Of a stretch of 64,000 nt of DNA, positions 17,107 to 26,790 are shown piece by piece; the first letter of the stretch is position 1, and each line of letters starts with the position of its first letter. The position numbers and the translations under genes are program-made. This DNA comes from Candidatus Fermentibacterota bacterium (GTDB lineage: Bacteria > Fermentibacterota > Fermentibacteria > Fermentibacterales > JCC-6), in contig QNDR01000002.1 in the NCBI GenBank assembly GCA_003646025.1, forward strand, positions 2,873-66,872. Reading direction: 5' to 3'. The notes beneath the pieces are model-generated. The model was not told the origin of the DNA. It worked only from the letters and a program-made list of their open reading frames with translations, and searched no databases.

Positions 17107-17793
17107 GTGACTACCATTGCAGTAATCGATGATGAGCAGGACATCAGAGAACTGGTAGAACTCCATCTGAAGAGGGCAGGTTTTGATACAGTTTCTTTTG
17201 AAAACGGCAGTGATTTTTTCAGATGGCTTTCTCCGGGGAATGAGCCGGCACTCTGTATCCTGGACATCATGCTTCCAGACATGCAGGGAACAGACATCTG
17301 TGTAAGGATCAGAGAATCTGAGGATATTCCGGATCTTCCTGTAATAATGCTTACAGCTCTTGGTCATGAAGCCGACAAAGTGGCGGGGCTGGAAATGGGA
17401 GCAGACGACTATGTAACAAAGCCATTCAGTCCAAGAGAACTTACAGCCAGGGTTAGAGCCGTCTTGAGAAGACACGAATCTGCAGAGAGAAGGGGTAACA
17501 TCATTGTCTGCGGTGCTGTGGAAATGGATACTGAAACTTTCCGCTTAAAGGTTAACGGAGAATTAAAAGAGCTTACCTCCACAGAGTTCAGAATACTGAG
17601 AATTCTTCTTGAGGGAAGAGGCAAGGTGTTTTCCCGCACGGAACTGCTTAGTCTGCTCTGGGGCGGTGAGAAGTTTGTGTTTGAAAGAACCGTTGATGTT
17701 CACATAAGAAACATCAGAGAAAAACTTGGTTCAGCTTCGGAAATTGTTCAGAATGTTCGGGGTATTGGCTACAGAGCGGAAGAGACTGTCTGA
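17107..17793 (+). CDS. phoB: OmpR/PhoB-family response regulator (PhoB-like)
   Basis: ORF 17017..17793. GTG at 17107 follows GGAGCGGAG and sits just before the receiver start IAVIDDEQDI. Winged-helix C-terminus LTSTEFRILRILL..RTVDVHIRNIREKL..VRGIGYR. Symbol inferred from the adjacent PhoR-like kinase and pst operon. Confidence 0.75.
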   Translation: MTTIAVIDDEQDIRELVELHLKRAGFDTVSFENGSDFFRWLSPGNEPALCILDIMLPDMQGTDICVRIRESEDIPDLPVIMLTALGHEADKVAGLEMGADDYVTKPFSPRELTARVRAVLRRHESAERRGNIIVCGAVEMDTETFRLKVNGELKELTSTEFRILRILLEGRGKVFSRTELLSLLWGGEKFVFERTVDVHIRNIREKLGSASEIVQNVRGIGYRAEETV

Positions 17794-19520
17794 TGCAGAA
17801 TACAGAATCAGGACAGGTTCCCTCTCTGCTTCATTCTATTCTGCGCGGGTATGTGTGGATGATTGCTCTTCTTGCTGTGGGTATTACTGCTGTAGTCTTT
17901 ACAACCTTGAGATCTGCATCCAGAGAGCGAGCCATGGAGGATTTAACCAGGTCTGCATACGCTCTTGTTCCCGCTGTGCAAAGTTACATTACAGACTCAA
18001 CATCTGCTGCTCTTAATTCTCTGGTTAACGAAGTTGCAACGACAATGGACACAAGAATCACTGTAATCAACAGAGATGGTTCCGTTGTTGCAGACAGTGA
18101 AAAAGATCCCGATGAAATGGAAAACCACAGAACAAGGATTGAAGTTATTGCAGCCTTTAACGGGGTTCCGGGGCGGTCGGTAAGATTCAGCAAAACCCTG
18201 GGCAGAGAAATGCTGTATACGGCAGTTCCTGTTGTTATTGGAGATTCAATTACTGCAGTTGTTAGAACCAGTCTGTTCTTTGACAGCTACTCTGCCGCTC
18301 TGCAACCTATAGTGAAGGAAATGCTTCTCATTATACTGACAGCACTTGTAGTAGCGGTGATCAGCGGATGGATAATTTCAAGAAGAATTGCCGGTCCGAT
18401 GAGTGATCTTGCCAGTGTTGCCGACCGGGTGAGAAGGGGTGAACTGGGAGCAAGGGCAGCTCCTGGTCACACCAGAGAGCACAACAGCCTGGCATTGTCG
18501 CTTAACGAAACGCTGGCCAGGAATGAGAACCTGATCCTGGACCTGTCCAGATCGGACAGCAGAAACCGTGCAATTCTGGAATCGATGATTGAAGGGGTTG
18601 CTGTGGTGAACCGGGATGGGGATCTTCTTGTTACGAATGATTCTTTCAGAGACCTGTTCAACACGGGATCTTCGGAGATAAAAGTACCTGCAGAATTAGC
18701 GGAACTTTTCAGCCAGTCTTCTTTACCTTCCAGTGGAATTGTTGAATTTGAAGGGAAAATAGTAGCATTTTCCAGTGCAGAAGTATCAGATTCCGGAGAT
18801 TATGTTTTTTCCTTCAGAGATGTAACTGCTGAAGTTCATCTTTCAGAGATGAAGAAAGATTTTATTACAAATGTTTCCCATGAACTTCGTACTCCACTCA
18901 CGGCAATCAAGGGTTATGCGGAAACTTTGCAGGAAGACGCCTCTGGAGAATCATCAGATTATCTAAAAATCATTCTGAGAAATACCGAGCGTCTTATTGC
19001 TCTGGTGAAAGACATCCAGACCCTCAGCGAGGTTGAAAGCGAAGAAGGCACCTGTAGAGGAGAAAGCGTATCCGTTTCAGATATTCTTGACACAGTGTTA
19101 CCTCTTTTTACTTCAAGAGCCATGGATAAGGGAATTACCATTACAGCCGAGCAGATAACGCCCAACCTTACTGTAAACGCAGATCATCACCGAATTGAGC
19201 AGGTTTTTGTTAACCTCATAGACAATGCCGTAAAGTACACCGATTCCGGTTTTATTCAAATCAGTGCTGCGAAGAAGGGGAATCAGGCGGTATTTGCTGT
19301 ATCAGACACAGGGCGTGGAATTCCCCGGGAGGCAATACCCCGCGTGTTTGAACGATTTTATGTTGTAGACCGGTCGAGATCCAGGAAAATGGGAGGAACT
19401 GGCCTTGGTCTTGCCATAACGAAGCACATCGTGGAAGGGTGTGGCGGAACAATAAGTGTATCCAGCACCCCCGGCCAGGGTTCTACATTCCTTTTTACAT
19501 TGCCGCTGGCTACCTCTTGA
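17793..19520 (+). CDS. phoR: Sensor histidine kinase (PhoR-like: TM-HAMP-PAS-HisKA-HATPase)
   Basis: ATGA overlap with the regulator gene. Two TM segments. H-box SHELRTPLTAIKGY, N-box NLIDNAVKYT, and G-boxes DTGRGIP / GGTGLGLAI. Confidence 0.8.
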   Translation: MQNTESGQVPSLLHSILRGYVWMIALLAVGITAVVFTTLRSASRERAMEDLTRSAYALVPAVQSYITDSTSAALNSLVNEVATTMDTRITVINRDGSVVADSEKDPDEMENHRTRIEVIAAFNGVPGRSVRFSKTLGREMLYTAVPVVIGDSITAVVRTSLFFDSYSAALQPIVKEMLLIILTALVVAVISGWIISRRIAGPMSDLASVADRVRRGELGARAAPGHTREHNSLALSLNETLARNENLILDLSRSDSRNRAILESMIEGVAVVNRDGDLLVTNDSFRDLFNTGSSEIKVPAELAELFSQSSLPSSGIVEFEGKIVAFSSAEVSDSGDYVFSFRDVTAEVHLSEMKKDFITNVSHELRTPLTAIKGYAETLQEDASGESSDYLKIILRNTERLIALVKDIQTLSEVESEEGTCRGESVSVSDILDTVLPLFTSRAMDKGITITAEQITPNLTVNADHHRIEQVFVNLIDNAVKYTDSGFIQISAAKKGNQAVFAVSDTGRGIPREAIPRVFERFYVVDRSRSRKMGGTGLGLAITKHIVEGCGGTISVSSTPGQGSTFLFTLPLATS

Positions 19521-19539
19521 ACCTAACCGGTAACATGTT

Positions 19540-20754
19540 TTAATGAACTATCAACTGTCCCTGATCGGAGATATAGACCCTTGAAGAATCGTATATGCAG
19601 TTTGTCAGTTCCAGTATGCTGGTTCCGTTGATAACGATATCGCTGTTTGATATGTCACAGTCGAATGCATAGCCCCTTGCATTGTCTTTTATGCCCAGTT
19701 CGCTGTTAATAGGGTCTTCCGGATCATCGCTTCCTATCAGGCAGTTGTGTACAGTTACAGTTGCATTGCCGTTGGTATGAAACAGCTGACCAAAAACATG
19801 GCTGTTATAGAGTGTCAGGCTGGCATTACCGCTAAGCACTATTTCCAGAAATTTGGTGTTGTAGCTGTATGCCCCGCCGGATTCCTCGCCTGTTACTATC
19901 AGATTGTCATTATCTTTTAAGTACATGTTTATGAAATACACTTCTGTATTAACAACATTCACGATGGAGCCGAACTCGGTTACGGTGAAACTGGTGGGAA
20001 TTCCATCGGGATTAACCAGATGGATAGAGTCACTTACAGATCCGTCTGACCAGAGTGCAAGTGTTACATCTTCGGAATTTTGAATTGTTATGTCTGTTAG
20101 TGGTTTAACATCAACCTGCCACCCCTGTGCGGTTGAGGCTGTCATGTCCAGTTTCCAGCCGCCAAGAGCAGTATAGTCCTGGAGATAATTCACCGGTGTG
20201 TATGAATCGGGGAACTCAAGGGCAGAACCCGGGCTGAAGAAAAACTGCATATTGGGATAGATCTCGCAGTTATTGATGGTTGCCGCGCCGTGGTTGTCCA
20301 TTCTAAGTTCTTCGATCAGGGTGTTTGCCCCGGTAAGAACTGTGTTATCAAAAAGTTTTACCGCAGAGTGATTTATGAGATACGAATCAGACACTTCAAT
20401 AACCGCATTGTCCCTCAGTTCGAACTCCCACATCTTGTCAGCCGACTGAATGGTTGAGCTGCTGATCTCTATCCTGGCATTGTCCTCGAGGTAGATGCCA
20501 TACTGCAGGTCTTCGGTTAAAGCAAAGGTAAGAGTGGCATTGCTTATTTGAAGTGTTGTGTTGCCTCCTATACAGATACTTCCGGTGATGTTATCAATAT
20601 CTGAATCAATGATCCAGGTTCCGCCATCGTACAGATCAAGATCTCCGGTGATGCTGTCTATATTGTTGCCTGCCGGGCTTGTGCTGCTGTTGCATGTTGA
20701 AAGCAGCAACACCGCGGGAATAATTGCAGCAACCGCCCGTTTAGATCGTATCAT
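19540..20754 (-). CDS. Predicted lipoprotein with beta-helix-like repeats, unknown function
   Basis: Signal peptide with lipobox LLLSTC. Asn/Asp/Ile-rich periodic pattern (a.I.I..S.I) suggests a right-handed beta-helix. Divergent from the porin-pst operon. Confidence 0.55.
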   Translation of the reverse strand: MIRSKRAVAAIIPAVLLLSTCNSSTSPAGNNIDSITGDLDLYDGGTWIIDSDIDNITGSICIGGNTTLQISNATLTFALTEDLQYGIYLEDNARIEISSSTIQSADKMWEFELRDNAVIEVSDSYLINHSAVKLFDNTVLTGANTLIEELRMDNHGAATINNCEIYPNMQFFFSPGSALEFPDSYTPVNYLQDYTALGGWKLDMTASTAQGWQVDVKPLTDITIQNSEDVTLALWSDGSVSDSIHLVNPDGIPTSFTVTEFGSIVNVVNTEVYFINMYLKDNDNLIVTGEESGGAYSYNTKFLEIVLSGNASLTLYNSHVFGQLFHTNGNATVTVHNCLIGSDDPEDPINSELGIKDNARGYAFDCDISNSDIVINGTSILELTNCIYDSSRVYISDQGQLIVH

Positions 20755-20901
20755 TACGCCCTGCTTTCCTGTTTAGCCATATAACCTGCTGTGATGATAT
20801 GGAACACTTGCGATGTGGTCAACCCGATGGGACGCTACCTATTCGGAAACTGCTGTGAAAGCCATACCGAACCGGGCCGGGCTGTACAAAAGCCTGCAAC
20901 T

Positions 20902-20968
20902 TCTTAACAAAATCTTAACAATTTCCAAATACTGTCTTAACAACCCTGTCTGATGTTACCACTGTCAT
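20902..20968. promoter_or_regulatory. Candidate Pho-box-like direct repeats in the divergent promoter region
   Basis: TCTTAACA at 20902, 20914 and 20935 (roughly 11-bp phasing). CTGTC at 20932 and 20946, and CTGTCAT at 20962 (matches the E. coli Pho-box half-site). Confidence 0.3.
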
Positions 20969-21013
20969 CGGTAATTCGTCCGATGCAGAGATGAAACAAA
21001 AGGAGGTTGTTAA

Positions 21014-22063
21014 TTGAGTAAAGTAGTGTTTCTTGTTCCCGCACTGGTAATGGCCACCATGGCACTGGCCAGCGGTGAATTCTCCACAGGAGGTTCTGAA
21101 CTCCTTAAGTTCAAGGGATACCTTGTCAGCACATTCAATACCTATGGTGAAACCGATGCCAACCCGAACAACGGTTTCAGTATTGCCGCTTCCATAGAAT
21201 GGCTTCCGGTACTGAACCACTGGCTTGATGCAAAGATTGCGTTCAAGTCATTACCCACAAGGTACACAGGTGCCATTGAAGACCTCAGCCTGACCACTGA
21301 AGACATTGTTCTCAATATGCATTTCAATGAAGTAGCAACATTATCCATGGGTCATTTCAAGAGACCGATATGCTACAACTACACAAGATCCAGCAGCAGC
21401 ATGTACTTCCGTGACCGGGCGATTCTTACCGGGTTGACAGGTGATTTTGGGAAACGGGATATCGGTGCCGATTTAGGGTTGAACTTTGGTTTTACCAGCA
21501 TAGACATTGCCTACACAAATGGTGCCGGGGATAATCAGCCGGAGGACGACAGTCACAAGAGTTTTACCGCCCGCGCGGTGTTTGAGCCTATGGACAACAT
21601 ACAGGTAGCAGGGGCGTTCGGCCACTATTCAGAGGATGCCGACTCTACAGGTACCACAACAGTAGCTGCAAATGCCATGGATTTCTACACCGTTATCAAG
21701 CAACCTGTCAGTGAGAATGTTGAGCTTTCGTTTACAGGCGAATACATGGTTGTTGGCGAGCCGATGGAAGACAGTTCCGACTGGACAAATACTACGGGAT
21801 ATGCCGCTACTCTTATGGCAGACTTCGATCTGAATGGAAGCATGTTTCAGGCAGTGAGGCCTGCGATTCGCTATGAGAACAGCAGCCCAGGATTTGTCGG
21901 TGACGACCCTGAGAATGATGAGGGAGCTTTTGATTTTGCTCTCAACCTGGATGTGTACAGCAGGGATAATACGATTCAGACAGGTATACGAAATCACACT
22001 TTCCAGAGTACCGGTGAAGACAGCTACACGGATATGTACTTTGGTTGGAGGATGAAATTTTAA
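21014..22063 (+). CDS. Outer-membrane beta-barrel porin, possibly phosphate-selective
   Basis: TTG start 7 nt after AGGAGG. Signal peptide present. Alternating beta-strand pattern. C-terminal beta-signal YFGWRMKF. First gene upstream of pstS. Confidence 0.5.
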   Translation: MSKVVFLVPALVMATMALASGEFSTGGSELLKFKGYLVSTFNTYGETDANPNNGFSIAASIEWLPVLNHWLDAKIAFKSLPTRYTGAIEDLSLTTEDIVLNMHFNEVATLSMGHFKRPICYNYTRSSSSMYFRDRAILTGLTGDFGKRDIGADLGLNFGFTSIDIAYTNGAGDNQPEDDSHKSFTARAVFEPMDNIQVAGAFGHYSEDADSTGTTTVAANAMDFYTVIKQPVSENVELSFTGEYMVVGEPMEDSSDWTNTTGYAATLMADFDLNGSMFQAVRPAIRYENSSPGFVGDDPENDEGAFDFALNLDVYSRDNTIQTGIRNHTFQSTGEDSYTDMYFGWRMKF

Positions 22064-22082
22064 CAGGATCGGAAAGGAAAAA

Positions 22083-22898
22083 ATGAAAAAGAGAATTGCA
22101 GGATTTGTTACTCTGTCAGCCGCGGTTTTGTTCACAGGTGCGTGTGGAGAACAGGGAGCTGATGAAACTGTAGAGATAACCGTTGTTGGTTCCACAACAG
22201 TTCAGCCACTTGCAGAGTGCCTTGGTGAAGCCTGGGAGGCAATTGATCCCGGGGTTCTGATCACAGTCAGCGGCGGAGGAAGCAGCGTTGGTGTTAACAG
22301 CGCATCAGAGCAGACCGCAGATATCGGTATGGCCTCCAGAGAGATAAAAGACAGTGAAATACAAAACTGTCCCGAGATTGTGGTTCACACCATAGCAAGA
22401 GATGGAATTGCAATTGTTGTTCACCCTGACCTTGCCGTTGACGGTATCACAATGGAGCAGGCCAGGAAGATATTCGCGGGAGAGATCACCGACTGGAGTG
22501 AGGCCGGTGGAACCCCGGGAACAATTTTTGTGGTTGTGAGAGAAGAGGGTTCAGGCACACGGGCCGCTTTTGAAGAAATAGTTATGGAAGACGATATCAT
22601 AATTGACAGTGCAATTCTTCAACCTTCCAATGGAGCGGTACGAACATCTGTTGCCTCCACGCCGGGCTCAATTGCTTTCATCAGCTTCGGGTATCTCGAC
22701 AGCACTACAAAGCCCGTTGCCGTTAATGGAGCACTTCCCACTACAGAGAATGTAAATTCCGGGGCATACCCCATTGTAAGGCCACTGAATATGGTGACCT
22801 TCGGTGAGCCTGAGGGGGCAGTTGCCGACTGGCTGGAGTTCATCAAAGGAGAAGACGGCCAGGCAGTAGTAGCCGCAGAGGGCTACCTGCCACTCTGA
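22083..22898 (+). CDS. pstS: Phosphate ABC transporter substrate-binding lipoprotein
   Basis: Lipobox LFTGAC. VVGSTTVQPLAE, SGGGSSVG and EGSGTR motifs of the PstS/PBP-like-2 family. Confidence 0.85.
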   Translation: MKKRIAGFVTLSAAVLFTGACGEQGADETVEITVVGSTTVQPLAECLGEAWEAIDPGVLITVSGGGSSVGVNSASEQTADIGMASREIKDSEIQNCPEIVVHTIARDGIAIVVHPDLAVDGITMEQARKIFAGEITDWSEAGGTPGTIFVVVREEGSGTRAAFEEIVMEDDIIIDSAILQPSNGAVRTSVASTPGSIAFISFGYLDSTTKPVAVNGALPTTENVNSGAYPIVRPLNMVTFGEPEGAVADWLEFIKGEDGQAVVAAEGYLPL

Positions 22899-22911
22899 GC
22901 AGGGAGGAGAA

Positions 22912-23808
22912 ATGACCTTCGGAACAAAGCGGGACTGCACACAGAAGATAATGCGTACTGTACTGCTTGTTTCTGCTCTGACCTCTGTGCTGATTGTTGT
23001 GCTGATCTTTGTGTTTACAGCAGGCAGGGCAGCACCGGCATTTCATGAGATCGGAATCTGGAAAATGGTTTCGGATACAACATGGAGGCCTGGGAGCGGT
23101 GAGTTCGGCATCCTTGCCATGATTGCGGGAAGCGGAATTGTTACTCTTGGAGCAGTGCTTCTGGGAGTTCCGCTGGCGCTGGGCAGCGCTGTTTTTCTTG
23201 CCGAAATCGCACCGGAGTGGATTGCAGGAGCAGTCAGACCCTCCATAGAACTGCTGGCAGGTATTCCGTCAGTTGTTTACGGGCTTTTCGGTATGGCGGT
23301 GATTGTTCCCATGGTAAGAACAATTCCCGCGCCGGGAAATGCCGGGTACGGTGTGCTCTCGGCATCTGTGGTTCTGGCAGTGATGATTCTTCCGACGGTT
23401 ACAAGTATCTCGGAGCTTGCAATAAGAAGCGTACCTGCAGGGTACAGAGAAGGTTCCCTCGCTCTGGGAGCTACAAAGTGGGAGACAGTCCGCAGGGTTC
23501 TGATCCCCGCTGCAAAGCCCGGCATTGTCAGTGCGGTTATCCTTGGGCTGGGGAGAGCCCTGGGTGAAACAGTAGCCATGATAATGGTAATAGGTAATTC
23601 GGCAATTCTTCCAGCAGCTTCCACAGGCAATCCTCTCAGCATATTTCTCAGCAGAGCAAGAACACTCACAGGCAACATCGCTGTTGAGATCTCTTACGCA
23701 ACAGGAGTTCATGAAAGCGCTCTGTTTGCAACAGGAGTAGTTCTTTTCGTTCTGATCATGCTCATTAACAGTTCGGCGGCATTGCTTCTGAAAAAGGGGG
23801 TACGCTGA
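22912..23808 (+). CDS. pstC: Phosphate ABC transporter permease PstC
   Basis: Polytopic permease with the EAA-loop-like [27 protein letters not shown]. Second gene after pstS. Confidence 0.85.
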   Translation: MTFGTKRDCTQKIMRTVLLVSALTSVLIVVLIFVFTAGRAAPAFHEIGIWKMVSDTTWRPGSGEFGILAMIAGSGIVTLGAVLLGVPLALGSAVFLAEIAPEWIAGAVRPSIELLAGIPSVVYGLFGMAVIVPMVRTIPAPGNAGYGVLSASVVLAVMILPTVTSISELAIRSVPAGYREGSLALGATKWETVRRVLIPAAKPGIVSAVILGLGRALGETVAMIMVIGNSAILPAASTGNPLSIFLSRARTLTGNIAVEISYATGVHESALFATGVVLFVLIMLINSSAALLLKKGVR

Positions 23809-24662
23809 TGAACAGGCGGAAGCTGTCACAGAATGCAGCATTCAGCCTGTTCTGGGCTGCCGGAATCATGTCGGTGCTGATCATGGCAGTGGTCGTCGGC
23901 TACGTGCTTGTAAAGGGGCTGCCGGGAATCAGCTTTGACTTTTTTACCACATCTCCCAGGGGAGGGTTGTCCGGGGAAGGCGGAATCTACTCCACAATTG
24001 TTACCACCTTCTATCTGGTGGTTGTAACACTTGCCTTCGCCATTCCCCCCGGTGTGGGAGCCGCAGTCTACTTCTCCGAGTATTCCGGCAGTACAGTCGG
24101 CAGCTTGACAGGGAAACTTGTGAATCTGGCAAGGTTTGGAGTTGATACACTTGCCGGCGTACCATCCATAGTGTTTGGATTGTTCGGCTACGCTGTGTTT
24201 GTTACTGCAATGAACCTTGGGTTTTCCATACTGTCGGCTTCCATGGCAGGAGCCTGCCTGATAATTCCTGTAATTATAAGAACAACAGAGGATGCGTTGG
24301 AATCCGTACCTTCAGGTTACAGGGAAGGTTCTCTCGCACTCGGCGCCAACCGGTGGGAAACAACATGGAAGGTTGTTCTGCCTGCGGCATTCAGAGGAAT
24401 ATCCACCGGAATTCTGCTCAGTGCAGGGCGCATAGTCAGCGAAACAGCCATTTTCTTTGTAACACTGGGAGGAAGCTACAGGGTTCCACACTCGCTGATG
24501 TCCGGAGGGCGAACCATGGCCCTTCATGTGTACTACCTGGCAATGGAAACAAGAGCATTCGACAGGGCGATGTCCACGGCAGCTGTTCTGGTGGGTCTTG
24601 TAGTTGTAATGAACCTTGGAATAAACACAATTACCGGCAGAATTACCGGGAAGCAGAGGTGA
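23808..24662 (+). CDS. pstA: Phosphate ABC transporter permease PstA
   Basis: TGATG junction with pstC (the ATG at 23808 shares one base with the pstC stop). [27 protein letters not shown]. Confidence 0.85.
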   Translation: MNRRKLSQNAAFSLFWAAGIMSVLIMAVVVGYVLVKGLPGISFDFFTTSPRGGLSGEGGIYSTIVTTFYLVVVTLAFAIPPGVGAAVYFSEYSGSTVGSLTGKLVNLARFGVDTLAGVPSIVFGLFGYAVFVTAMNLGFSILSASMAGACLIIPVIIRTTEDALESVPSGYREGSLALGANRWETTWKVVLPAAFRGISTGILLSAGRIVSETAIFFVTLGGSYRVPHSLMSGGRTMALHVYYLAMETRAFDRAMSTAAVLVGLVVVMNLGINTITGRITGKQR

Positions 24663-25441
24663 ACAAACTGGAAACTGAAGCGAAGGGAATGAGTACACGG
24701 AACTACAGCCTTTTTTACGGAGGGTTCAAAGCCCTCAACAGAATCAGTATACAGATACCTTCCAACAGAATAACTGCATTTATAGGGCCTTCCGGCTGTG
24801 GGAAGAGCTCATTCCTGAGAAGTTTTAACAGAATGAATGATCTTATACCCGGGGTAACGACTGAAGGGGAAGTGTGCATAGACGGCAGAAATGTAGCAGA
24901 TGAAGATGTGGTGCAACTGCGAAAGAAAGTCGGAATGGTTTTTCAGAGACCAAATCCGTTTCCCAAATCTGTTTTTGAGAATGTTGCCTACGGTCCAAAA
25001 CTTCACGGGGTAAAAAACCGGTCGGACCTTGCTGTTGTTGTGGAGAAAAGCTTGAAAAGAGCGGCTTTGTGGGATGAGGTAAAAGATGACCTGCACAAGT
25101 CCGGAATGTCTCTTTCCGGCGGGCAGCAGCAGAGGCTCTGCATAGCCCGTGCAATTGCTGTAGAGCCGGAGGTGATTCTTATGGATGAACCTGCTTCAGC
25201 ACTTGATCCGGTTGCAACCCTGAAGATTGAGGAACTGATGAATGAGCTGAAAGCAAACTACACAATAGCAATAGTAACCCATAACATGCAGCAGGCAGCC
25301 AGGGTAAGTGACTACACAGCATTCATGCTTACAGATGAAAACCGTGCCGGTAATCTGATAGAGTTCGGCACCACAAAGCAGATTTTCACAACACCTTCTG
25401 ACACGCGGACAGAAGACTATATAACCGGCCGTTTCGGCTGA
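24659..25441 (+). CDS. pstB: Phosphate ABC transporter ATP-binding protein
   Basis: Start is GTG 24659 (GTGA overlap with pstA) or ATG 24689. Walker [10 protein letters not shown], signature LSGGQQQRL, Walker B ILMDEP. C-terminus [10 protein letters not shown] is typical of PstB. Confidence 0.9.
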   Translation: MNKLETEAKGMSTRNYSLFYGGFKALNRISIQIPSNRITAFIGPSGCGKSSFLRSFNRMNDLIPGVTTEGEVCIDGRNVADEDVVQLRKKVGMVFQRPNPFPKSVFENVAYGPKLHGVKNRSDLAVVVEKSLKRAALWDEVKDDLHKSGMSLSGGQQQRLCIARAIAVEPEVILMDEPASALDPVATLKIEELMNELKANYTIAIVTHNMQQAARVSDYTAFMLTDENRAGNLIEFGTTKQIFTTPSDTRTEDYITGRFG

Positions 25442-25452
25442 CAGGAGGCGGG

Positions 25453-26106
25453 ATGACCAGAGAGATTTTCAACAAAGAGCTTAGGGAAGTAAAAGACAAG
25501 CTTTTCCAGGTTACAGGTGATGTAAGAAGGAACCTGAAACTGTCGGTGAGGTACCTTGAAAAAAGAGATATGACCGGGGCAAAAATGATTGTGGAGTCAG
25601 ACGAGATTATCAATCTAAAAGTTCTTGAAATAGAGGATCTGTGTCTGAGCATAATAGCAACTCAGCAACCAGTGGCATCTGACCTGAGGCTTCTTTTTTC
25701 AATTCTGCAGATCTCAACTGAAATAGAACGGATTGGAGATTATGCCAAAGGTATAGCCAGAATCAGTCTAAAAATCGGCTCTGAAAGTCTTATCAAGCCC
25801 CTGATTGATATTCCAGGGATGGAACAGCTTGCCGGGCAGATGCTTTCTGATGCAATAACAGCGTTCATAGAAGACAATGCAGTGGCGGCAGAGAGCATTT
25901 CCAGAAGAGATGCCCGGATTGACGCCATGTACAATCAGGTACACAGGGAACTTTTGACATTTGTGATGGAGAAGAGATCAAACATCAATCAGACGATTAT
26001 GCTGGACTGGATAGCCCACAATCTTGAACGGGTGGGAGACAGAGTTACCAACATCTGTGAGAGAATAATATTTACAGTTACAGGCAATTCCGTTGATTTG
26101 AATTGA
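25453..26106 (+). CDS. phoU: Phosphate signalling regulator PhoU
   Basis: 217 aa. Duplicated PhoU repeat with E(I/L)ERIGD (EIERIGDYA) and NLERVGDRVTNI. Confidence 0.9.
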   Translation: MTREIFNKELREVKDKLFQVTGDVRRNLKLSVRYLEKRDMTGAKMIVESDEIINLKVLEIEDLCLSIIATQQPVASDLRLLFSILQISTEIERIGDYAKGIARISLKIGSESLIKPLIDIPGMEQLAGQMLSDAITAFIEDNAVAAESISRRDARIDAMYNQVHRELLTFVMEKRSNINQTIMLDWIAHNLERVGDRVTNICERIIFTVTGNSVDLN

Positions 26107-26223
26107 TCCTCTCCGGCAGTCTGGCGGTGGAACTATTCCGCGGGAACGGGGTAAAATTAGATGAAGGCAGGTGAGTAAACGCTTGCGCTTCATCCGGTTA
26201 ATCCGGTCAAACATCCCTCCTCG

Positions 26224-26268
26224 CCGGCGTACCTGTAACAACACAGGTGCGCCGGTTCTGTTTATGTT
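26224..26268 (+). terminator. Putative rho-independent terminator after phoU
   Basis: 13-bp GC-rich stem ccggcgtacctgt / acaggtgcgccgg (one G-U pair), 6-nt loop, followed by ttctgtttatgtt. Confidence 0.5.
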
Positions 26269-26336
26269 CAAAGGTTTCAGGTAAGTTACAGGAATCGCAG
26301 TGAGACTGGCAGCAAAAACCGGGAGGGGGCCGACAG

Positions 26337-26771
26337 GTGGATAAAAGAAACAAAGTTCTTTTTCTGTGCACAGGCAATTCATGCAGAAGTCAGATGGCAC
26401 AGGGTTTCTGCAGGAAGTACCACTCAGGAGAGATAAAGCCTTTCTCCGCCGGTATTGTAAAGCACGGTCTCAACCGCCTTGCGGTAAAGGTAATGGAAGA
26501 GGCCGGTGTTGATATATCCGGTCAATTCAGCAAGACGGTTGATGATCTGGATGAAAAAGACTTTGACTTCGTGGTAACAGTGTGCGATGACGCGTACGAA
26601 AAATGCCCTTACTTCCCAGCTGTAACCGCAGTTATTCACAGAAACTTTGATGATCCTCCCAGACTGGCGGCTGAAGCGGCTACCGATGAGGAGGCGCTTG
26701 TTCACTACCGCAGGGTGCGTGACGAGATAAAGAAATTTGTTATCGATCTGCCGTCTGTTCTACACAGCTGA
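26337..26771 (+). CDS. arsC: Arsenate reductase, LMW-PTPase/thioredoxin-coupled type
   Basis: GTG start 7 nt after GGGAGGGGG. P-loop LCTGNSCRSQMA. Downstream Cys pair VCDDAYEKCP, as in the Staphylococcus/Bacillus ArsC class. Confidence 0.8.
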   Translation: MDKRNKVLFLCTGNSCRSQMAQGFCRKYHSGEIKPFSAGIVKHGLNRLAVKVMEEAGVDISGQFSKTVDDLDEKDFDFVVTVCDDAYEKCPYFPAVTAVIHRNFDDPPRLAAEAATDEEALVHYRRVRDEIKKFVIDLPSVLHS

Positions 26772-26790
26772 TCATCGCCAGTGAGTTTGT

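Noticed and set aside
16876-17475. 199-aa and 141-aa minus-strand ORFs across the IS-like remnant and the 5' part of the response-regulator gene
   Set aside because: The + strand receiver domain is clear from 17107. The minus-strand frames have no recognisable similarity and appear to be by-products.
24353-24658. About 100-aa N-terminal extension of the pstB ORF that overlaps pstA
   Set aside because: The extension lies entirely inside pstA in another frame and shows no ABC-ATPase similarity. PstB homology begins near 24659-24689.
26107-26336. 230-nt phoU-arsC intergenic region considered as a possible riboswitch or small RNA
   Set aside because: Apart from a terminator-like hairpin at 26224-26268, I see no conserved riboswitch core motifs. 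A covariance-model scan would be needed to exclude one.
25978-26400. 140-aa minus-strand ORF bridging the phoU 3' end, the intergenic region and the arsC 5' end
   Set aside because: It overlaps two well-supported + strand genes and contains the predicted phoU terminator hairpin. It has no RBS or motifs.
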